Shown piece by piece: positions 24,208-36,455 of a DNA stretch of 64,000 nt. Each line of letters begins with the position of its first letter. Position 1 is the first letter of the stretch. Source of the DNA: Aplysia californica (Eukaryota). Position numbers and translations under genes: made by a program. The notes beneath the pieces were generated by a model. It did no database searches and had not been told where the DNA came from. It worked only from the letters and a program-made list of their open reading frames with translations. The stretch spans positions 114,031 through 178,030 of the forward strand of contig NW_004797734.1 in the NCBI RefSeq assembly GCF_000002075.1. The letters run 5' to 3'.

Positions 24208-24511
24208 ATAATAAATAATTTTAAAATGGCACTTATATAACGCCTATCCCCGCTCAACAGCAAGCTCAATGCACCTTCCAATCTATATTATTTCCCAGTA
24301 GACCTTAGAACACACAGAAACATTCTCTGCTTCCCAGAAAGCATACAGAGCAAGAAGCCGATTAACTGCTTAAATACTAACATACTGATAAGATCTTTTG
24401 CTGTTTATAGCCTGGTACACATTCCCACCTGGGAGAAGTGAGGAAAATTTGTGTAAAGTGCCTTTCCTTGACGGGGTTAAAACCCACAACGTTGTAAGGC
24501 CAACAGCCTAA
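24208..24511 (-). mobile_element. Degenerate copy of the CORE/L2-tail SINE
   Basis: Aligns by eye to 35376-35754 (CACCTGGG.GAAGTGAGGAAAATTTGTG.AAAGTG.CTTTCC). Confidence 0.7.
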
Positions 24512-25376
24512 AGGTTTAGCACTAACACTCAGGATTTGATTCTTCACGAAGATGGGTGGGGGTGGCCGTCGGGGTCAAAAATACGCTCAATATCATCACA
24601 CCAGTTGCATAAATCAGCCAAATTCAACCATTTACAATCCAAATCACGACTTTTGTATCAGTAAGCATGACTGACACATTTATACCTCCGAAAACAGACC
24701 CTGACCAACATTTCAAATTAAGGTACATGTACTGAGCCCTTAATTTTTAATTTATCTCCATTAACAGAACTTTCCACCATCCCCATGGGAGACAAAGAGA
24801 GCGATCACAGTGCGTAAAACAATTTTAAAAATCCAAGTTATTCAGATGCAAAGTTCTGCTTCACCATAATGACAACAAAATAATAACTTCTAACTAATAT
24901 TACAATCACTTTGCAAAACCTCAGGAAAAATAATATTATTATTAAAAAAGATTGTTTTCTCAAACAGCAAAGACCGATTCAAAGAAAAATGGTGCTCACT
25001 AAGACAATTTCCCAACAAAGCCAAAGAGTATCTTGTAAACAAGGCAAGGTGTTTAAAGTACGACAACTATAAAAATGTAATAAAAGCAATGCAAAACGTT
25101 CAAGATAGAAACAAGGCAGCACAGAATAACAATCACAAAAGGTATTTCTGTTCTTGCAAGTATATAGAATAACAAAGTGAACGATCAAGCTTGGAAGCCC
25201 TTCAGGTTTTACATCTTTGTTCCAGATAATATCACATTGGTATCAAATCAGATTAGATTAACCAACACTACTGCTGTAGATGAGAAAGATTCCGCCTCTG
25301 TATCCCACATAATTATTTAAAACAACCTTTGTAGCCCACTGTTATAGGATGAATTCAGCATGCAAATTGAGACTTT

Positions 25377-25696
25377 TCAAAACGTTCGCAACCCGTAGGC
25401 TAGACAATAAACAGTAATATTTCCTTTAGCTGAAGGGGCCATACTAGACCAGAACTGCGGGTCCTCAGTCTGAAGGTTATGAATTGTGTTCACAGGTTTA
25501 AAAGTGATGTTGGTTGACTCGTCTGCCTCTGACTGATTGCCTTCATTGTATCGTGCAAGAACTTCATCACAGGTCAGGGTACTCCTGAAAGGAAAATGAG
25601 GTGTAGAGTTTATCCAATATATTTCATCTCTTTCCAGGATTCCTCTAGTGTATGTAAACAAGAATGCTCAGAGGTGGTGGTGAGAGTGGCGGAAAA

Positions 25697-25765
<69 letters not shown>

Positions 25766-28700
25766 AGGAGAGAGAGAGAGAAAAAGGGGGGGGGGGGGGG
25801 GGAAGATATCTAAAAGACGAATTGCAACTTATAGTTAATGAACTTTTATCCATTAACACTTTAACACACCTTCGATTCCCTACAACTTAAATTATAAATT
25901 CCAGCACACACACAGGAAAATAGATGGGAAGCGGAAATCTGCTCATTGTGTACAAATGTCTCTATGTATGTCATAAATACAAAAATATACAGTGGAAACC
26001 ATACAACAGGCCCGGTAGTAACAGGAATCTCGTGTAATAACAGGGATTTTTTAAATCCCCATTTTTTCCTACTCTTTGTCTCTATTAAAAGTTATCGGCA
26101 ATAACAGGGCCTCATTGGAGCCCAATAGGTTATAGCAGAGACAAAGGCTCGTTAACAATGTGTAAAAAGTGTGTAAAAAGTGTGAGAGAGAGAAAGGGAG
26201 TAACGCAGTGATGGAGCAAGCCACACCACTGCAAGCACACGCAGCATGTGAAGCGAGAGAGGGCTGCGGGGTGCTGTAGACTTCATCTAGCCCTAAGCCT
26301 AGCTACATGCACGCATAATGTGTGAAGCGCAGGCCTGCCACATGGCCATGAGAGAAACTAGGCTACCCATGAATAAATACCGCTGGATTAGTCCACAAAT
26401 GCTTACTTCCCTTGCATTTCTGATTTAACAGGGATCTGGTATAACAGGACTTTTTCTCTGGTCCCACCATCCCTGTTATGTCAGGTTTCCACTGTAAATC
26501 ATGTAGGCTAGGTATGAAAATATTTGAGACCTGAAAATCTGTTTGCTATGGGCGTATTTTGCCATGTGTATGTTTGCTATGTGCTGCTCGACTGTAACTT
26601 CATTTCAAGGACCCTTAGTTTCCCTTAAACTACACTGGAACCCTTTTCAGTAGTCACCTCGGTTCAAAGCAGTTTCTTATACCAACGACCCGTGTTAGAT
26701 AAGACCTTTGCATTTTCCCTTTTTACTTTAACCTGTCTGTAGCGGCCCCTGGCCATTGCAGCCATGGTCGGTCATTTTTGCGAAGAATTGGCCTGAAAAT
26801 TTGCTCTTAATATGGCCACTTGCTACAAATGTATTTTGTCAATCAGTCCTCAGACTGAGAGTGCACATTCAATCTATGCAAAGAGGGAGTGGGGACTCCT
26901 GTGGTCTAGTGGTTAAGGTGTCTGTCTCTCATTCTGTAGGTCCTAGGTTCGAATCCGGATTTCGAAGGAAAATTGTCTTCTCTTAAATTTTCTCCTTTCA
27001 CATCCTTTCCTGCTCTCTAACTTCTAACAATGTTCTGTTGCCCGTTTTTGTCTCCACTTTCTGCCCCCACCCTTTCACCTCCTTAACCCCCTCCTCTGGG
27101 CTCCTGACTCTTTCTGCACATCTTTACTGCTACTCCTTGGCTCCCTTGTCTTTCAGCCACACCCCTGATCTTATGGTAGGTAAGGTTTAACACCTAGCCT
27201 TCTCGGACAAGGGCTAAAAATCTTGGAGGTCTCGTGTGCAAGTTTCGAACTTTAAAGATCTTTTGGTGGTCAAAAATCGATAAGAGTAAGCTTCAGCCGC
27301 CATCCAGGCAAAATTCATAATTTCCTACCAACATAAAAATGTTAGTGTGTCCCGTGCGCTCATATGACCTTATGCAGTTGAGAGCAACGTAAAACACTTA
27401 CCAAAAAAAATAATAATAAAAAGAGGGAGCAGGGCTTAGCTCCCAGCTGGGCACTACTTACTAAACAAGAGGGGCAGAACTTTGTGCAGCGTTGAGTGTC
27501 CAATAAACTGAGCCTATGTGTCGTTGTTGATGGTTGACATGTTACTACATGACAATTCATTTTCATATGTGGGAATTCAGTGATCACAACTCACATCCTA
27601 TTCATAGCTACCATCTGTCTACGACAGCCACTTTGCTTTGTGATCTTGAGAAACCGTTCTGGACTAGTTTGACAGTACAGTGGGTGTCGCATTCAACGAG
27701 GTTCTGTCCCCGTAGAATTATAAAATATTAGATGGCAAAATTATGTTAAAAAAAGCAAAATTATGCAAAAATTACGCAACTTACCGTAACACCATTCGCG
27801 ACATGTTTTGCACTTTTTCAGCAAGAATTTTCATGATATTCATGTTTTATGTACAGAAAAATTGAAAACATATAACATGTCAGTATCAGTAATTTGTTGT
27901 ACATTTGGAAAGAAAACAATACACATCAGTCAGAAAAAAAAATACCAAAAAATATAATCTCTGTAACTTTCAGCTAGATCTAGATCTCTATAGAGGAAAG
28001 AAAAATGTAAAAAAAAAAAAAAAAAAGGACATTTGGACCTCTGATGCACATTACTAAAACCAGGGACACCTGTCAAACATGAAACATCAGCAGAAATGAG
28101 AACAACTTTTAAGGAATTGAAAAATTGAACATGCTCAAGGAACAAAATCCCAACCCATAACCAAGATCTTCTAACAAGGGAAATAACCAACTTGTCACTT
28201 AAATGAGACTTATTACTGTGATTACTTCCCTTTAATCACATGGCGAGGCTCTCATTGATTGTTTTGTGAAAAAAACAGGTTGCAAAATTACGCGAAAAAA
28301 CGCGGCCTCTCCACGGCCGCACAATCGCATTTTATAATCCTACAGGGACAAGAGGTTGCCGGGACCGGCTTGTTGTCCTCGTTGGATCCAACCTCTCGTT
28401 GAACGTGACTAAGGCTAAAGTAAAGAAAGGAGACAAGTTGTTATATTATAGGATGATCCAATACCAGTAATAAAAACAGTTGTTCCCTTGATGACGAAAA
28501 TCTCAAACAGCATCAGTGTGCGCGTGTTTGAGCTGTGCTCTGACCGTCATTTTTGCATTTTTAAATATTATTTTTTCCCGAACACTTCTCACACTTCTCG
28601 TGTGGAAACATACCCTCTCACATCTAGGCTTAGATCTACATAAGACATAAAGTAAAGGCGGGGGCTTGGATTTTCTGATCAGGGGAAGAAAAGAAAATTG

Positions 28701-31700
28701 AAAAGAAACGAAGGTCTCGATCTAGAGTAATCTAGACCTACTCATCCAGAGTTCATACAGTTTCACACAACCCGCATCGCGTTCCCACCCACACCCTCCC
28801 ATCCCTACCGTAGGCTAACCCTCGTCCATGCTCTTGGCTTTGGGGCCCAAATTAGGAGGCAGGCTCGTTCTAGCAATACAATGTGTTAGGAATCGAGGAT
28901 GGGCCTTGTGCTTCGTGTGAGATGGAGAGAAAGGAGAAAGATTCTTCGTTTTTGGGACCGCTAATTGCTTTTATTTGGTTATCGCGACCTCGTTGAAAGC
29001 GACTTCAGTCTGTTTGTAACCTCGTTGGAGCCGACGTACATTTACAAAGAGATATAGAGGAAAAAATCGGAGATTAAGGATTGCCTCGTTGGAGCCGACT
29101 TCTCGTAGAATGAGACCTCATAGAATGCGGCACCCACTGGATACTGTATGATCTCCTAAGGATCAAAAGCAAACTTCTGTTTAAGTTCCAGATATTAAAA
29201 CCATAGTCTAGCCTATATACCATTACATGTATTTCTATATTGTTCAAGCACTGTGTTTTTACTTTTAGGCTGAGATTGAGCATATTTTTAAATATAAAAC
29301 GTACATTCACTATAATTCATATCATTCATTCCTGTTAAAAGCCGTCTGTACCCAGAATTTCAATGACACAAGACTGGTGCTCACCTAATTTCAAACACCA
29401 TGCTCGGCCTTCCAGCACTTGAGGTGTTTTTTGCAGTTCCGAGGTACCTTGGAGGTTCTAAGCATTCTGCTGGGATATTGACCTCATCCACCACCTCTCT
29501 CAAAATCGAAGAGAAAATCTCATGAACAACTTCCTTACCACACATTGAAGACACATCTATGTCAAGCAATGAAAGGTCACCAACAAGTTCCTGAAAATGT
29601 AAAGAAAGCAAAAAAGAGATTTCAATTCCAGATCTGAATCACATTATGTAAAATACAGTCTGTGCCGGCTTTAAGCACGCCTGCATAAAGCACGTTTCGG
29701 ACTCAAGCACGCTAAACGGCTCTTACCAAAGTTTTGCTATACACAGTAACTTCGACTTCAGGCACGCTTCATTTACAAGATAGTCAATACTTTCATGATG
29801 ACCCATCGAAGTTCGGACACATTCTACACCGCAGCAGTGGAGTGTGTTAAGAGAAACACAAAGAACTTAAGTGATGGAGACACACACTCACACGGGCAGA
29901 GAGGGAAGGCAGATTGAGATGCACACAACCGCGCGTGTGGACATAGGATCTAGCCTAGGGCAAAAGCTACACACAGACAAAAATAATATAAGTACAAAGA
30001 GAGTCAGGGAGACGAGAAAGGGAGGCTGGCTGCGATTTCACCTTTGACCCTCGCTATCCATTAATCCTGACTGTGTATCACGCGCGAGGTGGGATGAAGG
30101 CGGTGGTATAAATGTGGCACAGCTGGCAGTGGAACGCACAGGCAGTGTGTAGACCTAGTATGCTGTATCGTGACAGGCCGTCTAAATTAAGTTTTCATTT
30201 CCCATTCGACCACAAAACAAAAAACAAACAAGCAAACAAAAACTACTAAGGCGGGTAAAAATAACAGTGCACTCTTTTGCGGGACCGCTATAGGCCTACT
30301 TACAAAATTAGGGAAAAAGCACGAGAAATTTTCTACATGAAAATCTCTGGACTCTGGATTATGTCTACTTTGCACTCAAGTATGCTTCGGCTTTAAGCAC
30401 GCTTTTAAATGCTTTCTCCCGATGACCGTGCTTAAAGCCGGCATGGACTGCATCATAAAAGACATAGAAACACAAGTTATTTAGAAAATATTTTTATTTA
30501 TCTCCTGACAAGACTGGTTTATTTTACAGTCCAAACAACCTCTATTGTACTTAAAATATGTGAGTTGAATTTGAATTGACAATAATGTTGAATTTGAACT
30601 CTCTATTGTTAATTTCATAGTGCCATTTCGATAAAGTACATGTATAATTTGAGCTTCCTATTTTTACATTTGCTCCCTCCATTGTGATGTTTGAACTTTC
30701 TATGTTGAATTTGATTTCATTATGTTGAATAAATTCTGTTCATTGCTTCATTTGAGTCATCTAAATATAATTTATATTTGATCAGGAAAAAGTGCAAGTA
30801 TACACAGTGCAGTCCATCTAGCACACAAATGGCAAAATCGGCAGGATGCCCAACTTTTCTTTCTAATAAGAATTTCGCAATATATGTTTTAAAAACAAAA
30901 ATAAAATAATACAACATGCAAAAAAAATTCAGGACCTGAAAATCTCTATGTAATGTGCATGTTTCACTATGAGAATGTTCACTGCATGTGTGCTAAACAG
31001 TAGGCCTACCAATAACAAGATCAGATCCCAAGCAAATTGCCTAGACTTATTATGACCTGGTTACATCAGGAAACAATACATTTTATACAAAACTGGATGA
31101 TCTCGATCACGGAATCACATGACAAATCATTGAAATGTGAGACCACAAAATTGTACAAAATTGAATTATATGAAGATGTCTCGGTCGAGAAACTAAGCGA
31201 TGCTTCATATTTTACGTGTGATCACAACCAGATTTGGGGGGAGACGTGTTGTGACGTAGAGTAAACTTTAAAATTAGCCCCTGGGCAGGATAAACATTGG
31301 ACACAAAATTTTTTTAATAATTCTCGCAGCTATTTCATTTCAGAATCAGCTTCTCAAAAAAAAGCAAAGTAGCTTGCGTGGAACTTGATTTGATGCCATG
31401 AGTCATGTGTAAAATTTAGCAATTTTATTTTTTAATTGATGATCAATGGTAAAAGTGAGTACGGTATCAAGGTCATCTAGTGCACTGCACATCTACAATC
31501 AAGTCAAAGTTACAACAACATGGTACAGTGGGTGTCGCATTCAACATGGTTGCCGGGACTTGCTTGTTGTCCTCATCGGATCCGACCTCTCATTGAACGT
31601 GACTAAGTGACACATTATTATTACACGATGTACTAATACCAGCTGGTAATTAAAACAGTTGTTCCCCCTGATGACGAAAACCTAAAACAGAATCAGAGTG

Positions 31701-34461
31701 CGCTTGTTTTGAGCTGTGTTCTGGCCCTCATTTCTGAATTTTAAAATATTTTTTTTTGCGGAACACTTCGTGGGTGGAAACATACACCATCTAGGCTTAG
31801 ATATAAAAAGTAAAGGCGGGAACTTGGATTTTCTGATCAGATGAAGAAAAGAAAATTGAAATTTAAGTGAAGGTCTCGATCTTGACCTACCCATCCAGAG
31901 TTCACCCACTTTCACACACCCGCATCACGTTCCCACCCACCCCCTCCCATCCCTACAGTAGACGGCGTAGGCTAACCCTCGCCCACCCTCTTGGCTTTGG
32001 GGCCCATATAATATTAATTTATATATATTAGGAGGCACACTAGATCTAGCAATACAATGAGTTAAGAATCAAAGATGGGCCCTGTGCTTCGTGTGCTGTT
32101 AGATGGAGAGAAAGGAGAAAAATTCTTCGCTTTTTGGGCAGTTAATTGCTTTTGGTTATCGCAACCTCGTTGAAAGCGACTTAGGTCTGTTTGCAACCTT
32201 GTTGGAGCTGACATAAATTTACAAAGTGATATAGAGGAAAATTCCGGATTAAGGATTGCCTCATTGGAGCTGACTTCTCGTTGAATGTGATCTCATTGAA
32301 TGCGACACCCACTGTACAGTATGGCCATCGTTTTATTGAAATGATATATATTTATGTTTTCGAAGGTGAAACCATTTCACTTTAAAATCCAGTTCTTTGT
32401 CCAAATAATTCCCCTCTTTTTCTTTATTTTGCTAAGCAGCAGCACACAGAGCGCAAGCAAACCCGCTGTCATTGAAAAGAGACATGGTGGCTTTATGACA
32501 GGGATTCTCCCAGGGTTGGGTTGATTTAAATCAAGTTGATTTTTTTTATTTAAATCAACTTGATTTTTTAAATAAAAATCAGTAATTTAAATCACTTTTT
32601 TTTAAATTTATTTTTATTCAGTTTTTACACATTTCTACATTCAGAATTCCTTTCCTTGGTTTCATAAAACACATATAAGGTTTAGTAAACTAATATAATC
32701 ATGCTTAAAAGTCTGCTTTCCCCCCTTTCACTGTAAAATACTACAGTATTCAATTTACTTTTTTTTTCCATAATTGAAATCAGAGCTGGGTTGATTTAAA
32801 TCAGTTGATTTTTTTTATTTTAAACAACTTGATTTTTAAAATAAAAATCAATGATTTAAATCACTTTTTTTTAAAATGTTTTCTGTTTTTACATATTTAA
32901 ACATTCAGAATTCCTTTCCTTGGTTTTATTAAACGATATAAGGTTTAGTAGACTAATATAATCATGCTTAAAAGTCTTCTTTCCCCCCAGTCACTGTAAA
33001 ATAATACAGTTCTCAATTTACTTTTTTTCATAATTGAAAACCAGGGTTGGGTTGATTTAAATCGGTTGATTTTTTTAATTTAAATCAACTTGATTTTAAA
33101 AATAGAACTCGGTGATTTAAATCACTTTTAAAAAATGTATTCTGTTTTTACATCTTTAAACATTCAGAATTCCTTTCCTTGGTTTTATAAAACAGATATA
33201 AGGTTTAGTAGACTAAAATAATCATGCTTAAAAGTCTGCTTTCCCCCCTGTCACTGTAAACTGTAAGTAGTAAAATAATACTGTATTCAATTTCCTTTTT
33301 TTTCATAACTGAAATTAGCATTTTCTTTTTCTTTTTAGAAAAACACAAGCGCGCGCGCACACACACACTGTAATAAAATGCAAGTTTATCTATGCATAAT
33401 TACCCCCCCCCCCCCCCCCTTCCTTTTAGACTGACATTTTCTTCATTTTTTGTTTGCAGCCATAACTCACTGATAGCAGATTAAGGCTTTCTAAAATTGC
33501 AGTTGCTTAAATTAATCATTAGTTAAAATAAAGACAATGCATTTTGCACTAAAAGAACTTACTTTTAGCCTCCAAAAATCCCAAACTGTGTCGACATTTT
33601 TTTAAAAATATAAAAAATTTTAAAAATCCGATTTAAATAAAAAAAATCTGATTTAAATTTAAAAAATCGATTTTTTAAATTTTTATTTAAAAAATCAAAA
33701 AAATCACCAACCCTGGATTCTCCCCGATCAAAAGAAAAACTGGACGATAGACTGAACTTGTAAACAGAGTAAGTCCGATAAAATGGACAGTTCTTGCACA
33801 GAGCCTACATGACGAATCTGACACAATTTATCATTGCGTGTAACAGGGGCTTTTAAAATCTCGAACCTCAAATTTATTAATTATTTGGTCTTAGTCAATT
33901 ACATTCTCAAATTAAAGTGTAATTAATTACGTGTAAAATTATATTTTAATTATATTATGTAAGCCATACACAAGGTTCAGCATGTCCGCCAGGAACATCC
34001 CACAGACCAGAGGCTTCAGCAAGATGAGGGCTTCTTCTTTGTAGAATCATGCAATTGTCCTTTGTTACCACAAATGCACCAACGCCTAGAGCATCTGATA
34101 GGAATGTCTGGGAGTTATTGTGTAGACGTTGGCCATCTTCTTTCAGTTCGTTTACTTTTGGAGACCAGTTCGTACCAAGATATTCCTTGTAATCAGTTAC
34201 TCCAACCAATAGTTCAACAATTTCTCCAGAAGTTCCCGAATCACGGACACCATGAAGCCGGAATTTAGTCCCGTTAAACAGTCGAGGGTTTTTCTGCTGC
34301 CTTTCAGCCCATATATTGTCAATCATAGAATTTCCTATTGCAATCTCAGTGGGTGAGTCCTTTCGTCTATTGTACGTTGGAGAAGGTTGTGCTTGCACTT
34401 TTGTCTCCAATTTTGGGGCACCATCGTGAATAACATGCATTACTTCAACGTGGGGGTCCAT
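25377..34461 (-). CDS. NUDT22: Nudix hydrolase 22 (UDP-glucose/UDP-galactose pyrophosphatase-like), 3 coding exons, 301 aa
   Basis: Exons 34461-33970, 29590-29385 and 25584-25377 (phases 0,2; 906 nt). Starts MDP and contains LFNGTKFRL, GVTDYKEYLGTNW, split Nudix box GGHAEP...SILREVVDEVNI, SAGRPS and a C-terminal PSAKG, all characteristic of NUDT22. Confidence 0.93.
25700..25802. repeat. (GA)n microsatellite plus poly-G
   Basis: Direct inspection. Confidence 0.95.
25990..26494 (-). mobile_element. pogo/Tigger-like MITE, same family as 12928-13524
   Basis: TA|CAGTGGAAACC ... GGTTTCCACTG|TA. Confidence 0.85.
26890..27419 (+). mobile_element. tRNA-derived SINE, family 1, full length
   Basis: A box TGGTCTAGTGG, B box GGTTCGAATCC, tail ATGACCTTATGCAGTTG..CGTAAAACAC + (A/TAA)n. 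TSD AAAGAGGGAG at 26880-26889 and 27420-27429. Confidence 0.9.
27678..29139 (+). mobile_element. pogo/Tigger-like MITE interrupted by the 648-bp element
   Basis: TA|CAGTGGGTGTCGCATTC ... GAATGCGGCACCCACTG; homologous to 31526-32314. Confidence 0.85.
27704..28351 (+). mobile_element. 648-bp non-autonomous TIR DNA transposon, copy 2, nested in a pogo/Tigger-like MITE
   Basis: Termini CTGTCCCCGTAGAATTATAAAAT...ATTTTATAATCCTACAGGGACAA with perfect TSD GAGGTT. The uninterrupted host copy lies at 31526-32314. Confidence 0.88.
29656..30450. mobile_element. pogo/Tigger-like MITE
   Basis: TA|CAGTCTGTGCCGGCTTTAAGCACG ... CGTGCTTAAAGCCGGCATGGACTG, with repeated AAGCACG subterminal motifs. Confidence 0.82.
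31526..32314 (+). mobile_element. pogo/Tigger-like MITE, uninterrupted copy
   Basis: TA|CAGTGGGTGTCGCATTCAA ... TTGAATGCGACACCCACTG|TA. Confidence 0.88.
32511..33715 (+). mobile_element. hAT-like non-autonomous element with tandemly triplicated left end
   Basis: CAGGGTTGG...CCAACCCTG termini, 8-bp TSD GATTCTCC (32503-32510, 33716-33723). Units of about 265 bp start at 32511, 32781 and 33042. Confidence 0.88.
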
Positions 34462-35375
34462 TGTCAAAGTTATTACGTGTCAACAAAACCACAACTGCAC
34501 TGTCAACTCTACTTTTGAAGTTGGAGTCCTACTTTTACTTTCACTTTCGTCATTAACTTAAATTTATTGCCAGTTTGCCAGTCAAAGATTTGTGTGCTGG
34601 TCGATTCCCACTTGGCAAAAAACATATCGATATTTTTTAATATTTATATTTTATTTTGAGCATTTCTAAGACAAGGTCAATTTTTAAAATTGTTTAATAG
34701 TTCTGCCTCTTTTTAAATGAGAAACAACATTTCAGGGTACTTTTGCTACTGAACAAAACGGGGTCTAACCAATTTACTGAATATGACAACGATAAAGGTA
34801 TCGATCTAAATCTAAACCAAAGATAGTACAAGACAAGATGGGCCACTCAGCCAAAAAAGTGTCCGCAGGAAGTATGCTCTTTGCTTCAGATGGCGCTGCA
34901 GTCTGTTTTGAAGCTCTCTTTCGTTTTTCCAGAAGAAGAATAGGAATAGCACCTCCTTGCGTGCGCAGATCGACTGCTGTTCATCAGCAGTTCGAGTTCG
35001 TTCAGTGCAGAGTTTTAGGTTATTTATACTTTAATGACCTCTCGCCTTTCATTCTAAAGTCAAATTAAACGAAGAAAACAATCACCCTTTCCTCCGGAAG
35101 AGGTTTTTTGTCAGCGTAACCATTTTTAAAAAGCGTTATTCCGAAATTTATCCCAAAACTTGCTAGTTTCACTTTGATTTTTAAAAACTCAAGTAGGGTA
35201 ACTCTGTTCGCAAAAAGTGCGCTTTTGTGAAGAGGGCGCCACCAAATTTTGAGGACACTTTTTTAATTGGCTCAAAGAGAGAAGTGGCCCATCTTGTTAT
35301 GTACTATCATTGTCTAAACAGTCCCGTCCCACGACCAGATCTTTGCCAGAGATTTTCCCACGACAGTCCCTCTAA

Positions 35376-35754
35376 AATAATAATAATTGCATTTATATAG
35401 CGCATATCCATGCTCAAGAGCTTGCTCTAAGCGCTTTACAACTATTATTACCCCAGCAGACCCTCTGAGAACACTCAGAAACATTCTCAGCTTCCGCGGA
35501 AGCATACAGTGCAAGCTGCGGATTTCACGCGCTCAAACACTATCAAACTGACAAGATCTTTCACTGTCAATAGCTGGGTACCAAGGAGTTTAGAAGTAAT
35601 TTTAATCTCCTTGCTGGGTACCCATTTCCACCTGGGTGAAGTGAGGAAAATTTGTGCAAAGTGACTTTCCCAAGGACACAACGTCGGGCCCTTGACGGGA
35701 TTCAAACCCACGACCTTACGGTTGCGAGTCCGTGAGAGCCTAACCGACTCCACT
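35376..35754 (-). mobile_element. CORE (MIR-like) SINE with L2-type 3' tail
   Basis: tRNA-like head, CORE-like GTTGTGTCCTTGGGAAAGTCACTT, AAATGGGTACC, and an L2-like tail TGTAAAGCGCTTAG...GCGCTATATAAATG + (TAT)n on the minus strand. Confidence 0.8.
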
Positions 35755-36170
35755 CTTCAACTTTGGTTGGTCCTCAAACTTAATATTTCCAGATTTCTAA
35801 ACGATTTTCTGAGAAGTAAGAATTTAATCTTACAATCTCACGCATTCTTTCCTTTTGGCCGGAATGTGTGTGTGTGTGTGTTTTTTTTGGTGTTTTTTTT
35901 AATTTAGTTTATTAATCTGTTAATTAATTAATTTATTCTATACGTATTTATTGCTTAATGAACAGTGCAAGATATTTTTTACATAAAAAAGTAGACCTGA
36001 GTAGAAATAACTCTAGTCCTTTTTTTAAAATAGCCATAAAAGCTAGATCTATATTAGACATGACCTGTGATCCAACGGATTAGAAACAACAGTAAGACTT
36101 TGATCTCTACTCAAGAGGGTACACCACAAACACACACATAAACACAACTCATGCACCCACAAACACAATA

Positions 36171-36171
<1 letters not shown>

Positions 36172-36222
<51 letters not shown>
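36172..36222. repeat. (CT)n microsatellite upstream of RSPH9
   Basis: Direct inspection. Confidence 0.95.
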
Positions 36223-36225
<3 letters not shown>

Positions 36226-36257
36226 GCACACACTAGAGCACGGAGTACTAGAGTGTT

Positions 36258-36420
36258 GTGACGTCACGAGAAAGATTACATTCGCTCTTTTTAATCTGGA
36301 GGCACATAGTATTGAAAGGAAATAAAGTGTACACATGCGCGGTGCCATAGTGATGATAAATAGCAACGTACATCCACCATTGAGTGTATGAACAAGGCTT
36401 GGTTTGTCTGTCGGTCAACA
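36258..36420 (+). promoter_or_regulatory. RSPH9 proximal promoter motifs: CRE palindrome, RFX X-box-like sites, forkhead-like sites
   Basis: GTGACGTCAC (36258-36267); GGTGCCATAGTGAT (36341-36354, near X-box consensus); ATAGCAAC half-site (36360-36367); ATAAATA (36356-36362) and GTCAACA (36414-36420). All lie within 200 bp of the ATG. Confidence 0.5.
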
Positions 36421-36455
36421 TTTTACAGTTGAAGGAAGAATTGTAATTTTCCATC

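Noticed and set aside
32511-33320. CRISPR-like or regularly spaced repeat array
   Set aside because: Units are whole ~265-bp tandem copies without unique spacers, inside a TSD-bounded hAT-like element in a eukaryotic intron.
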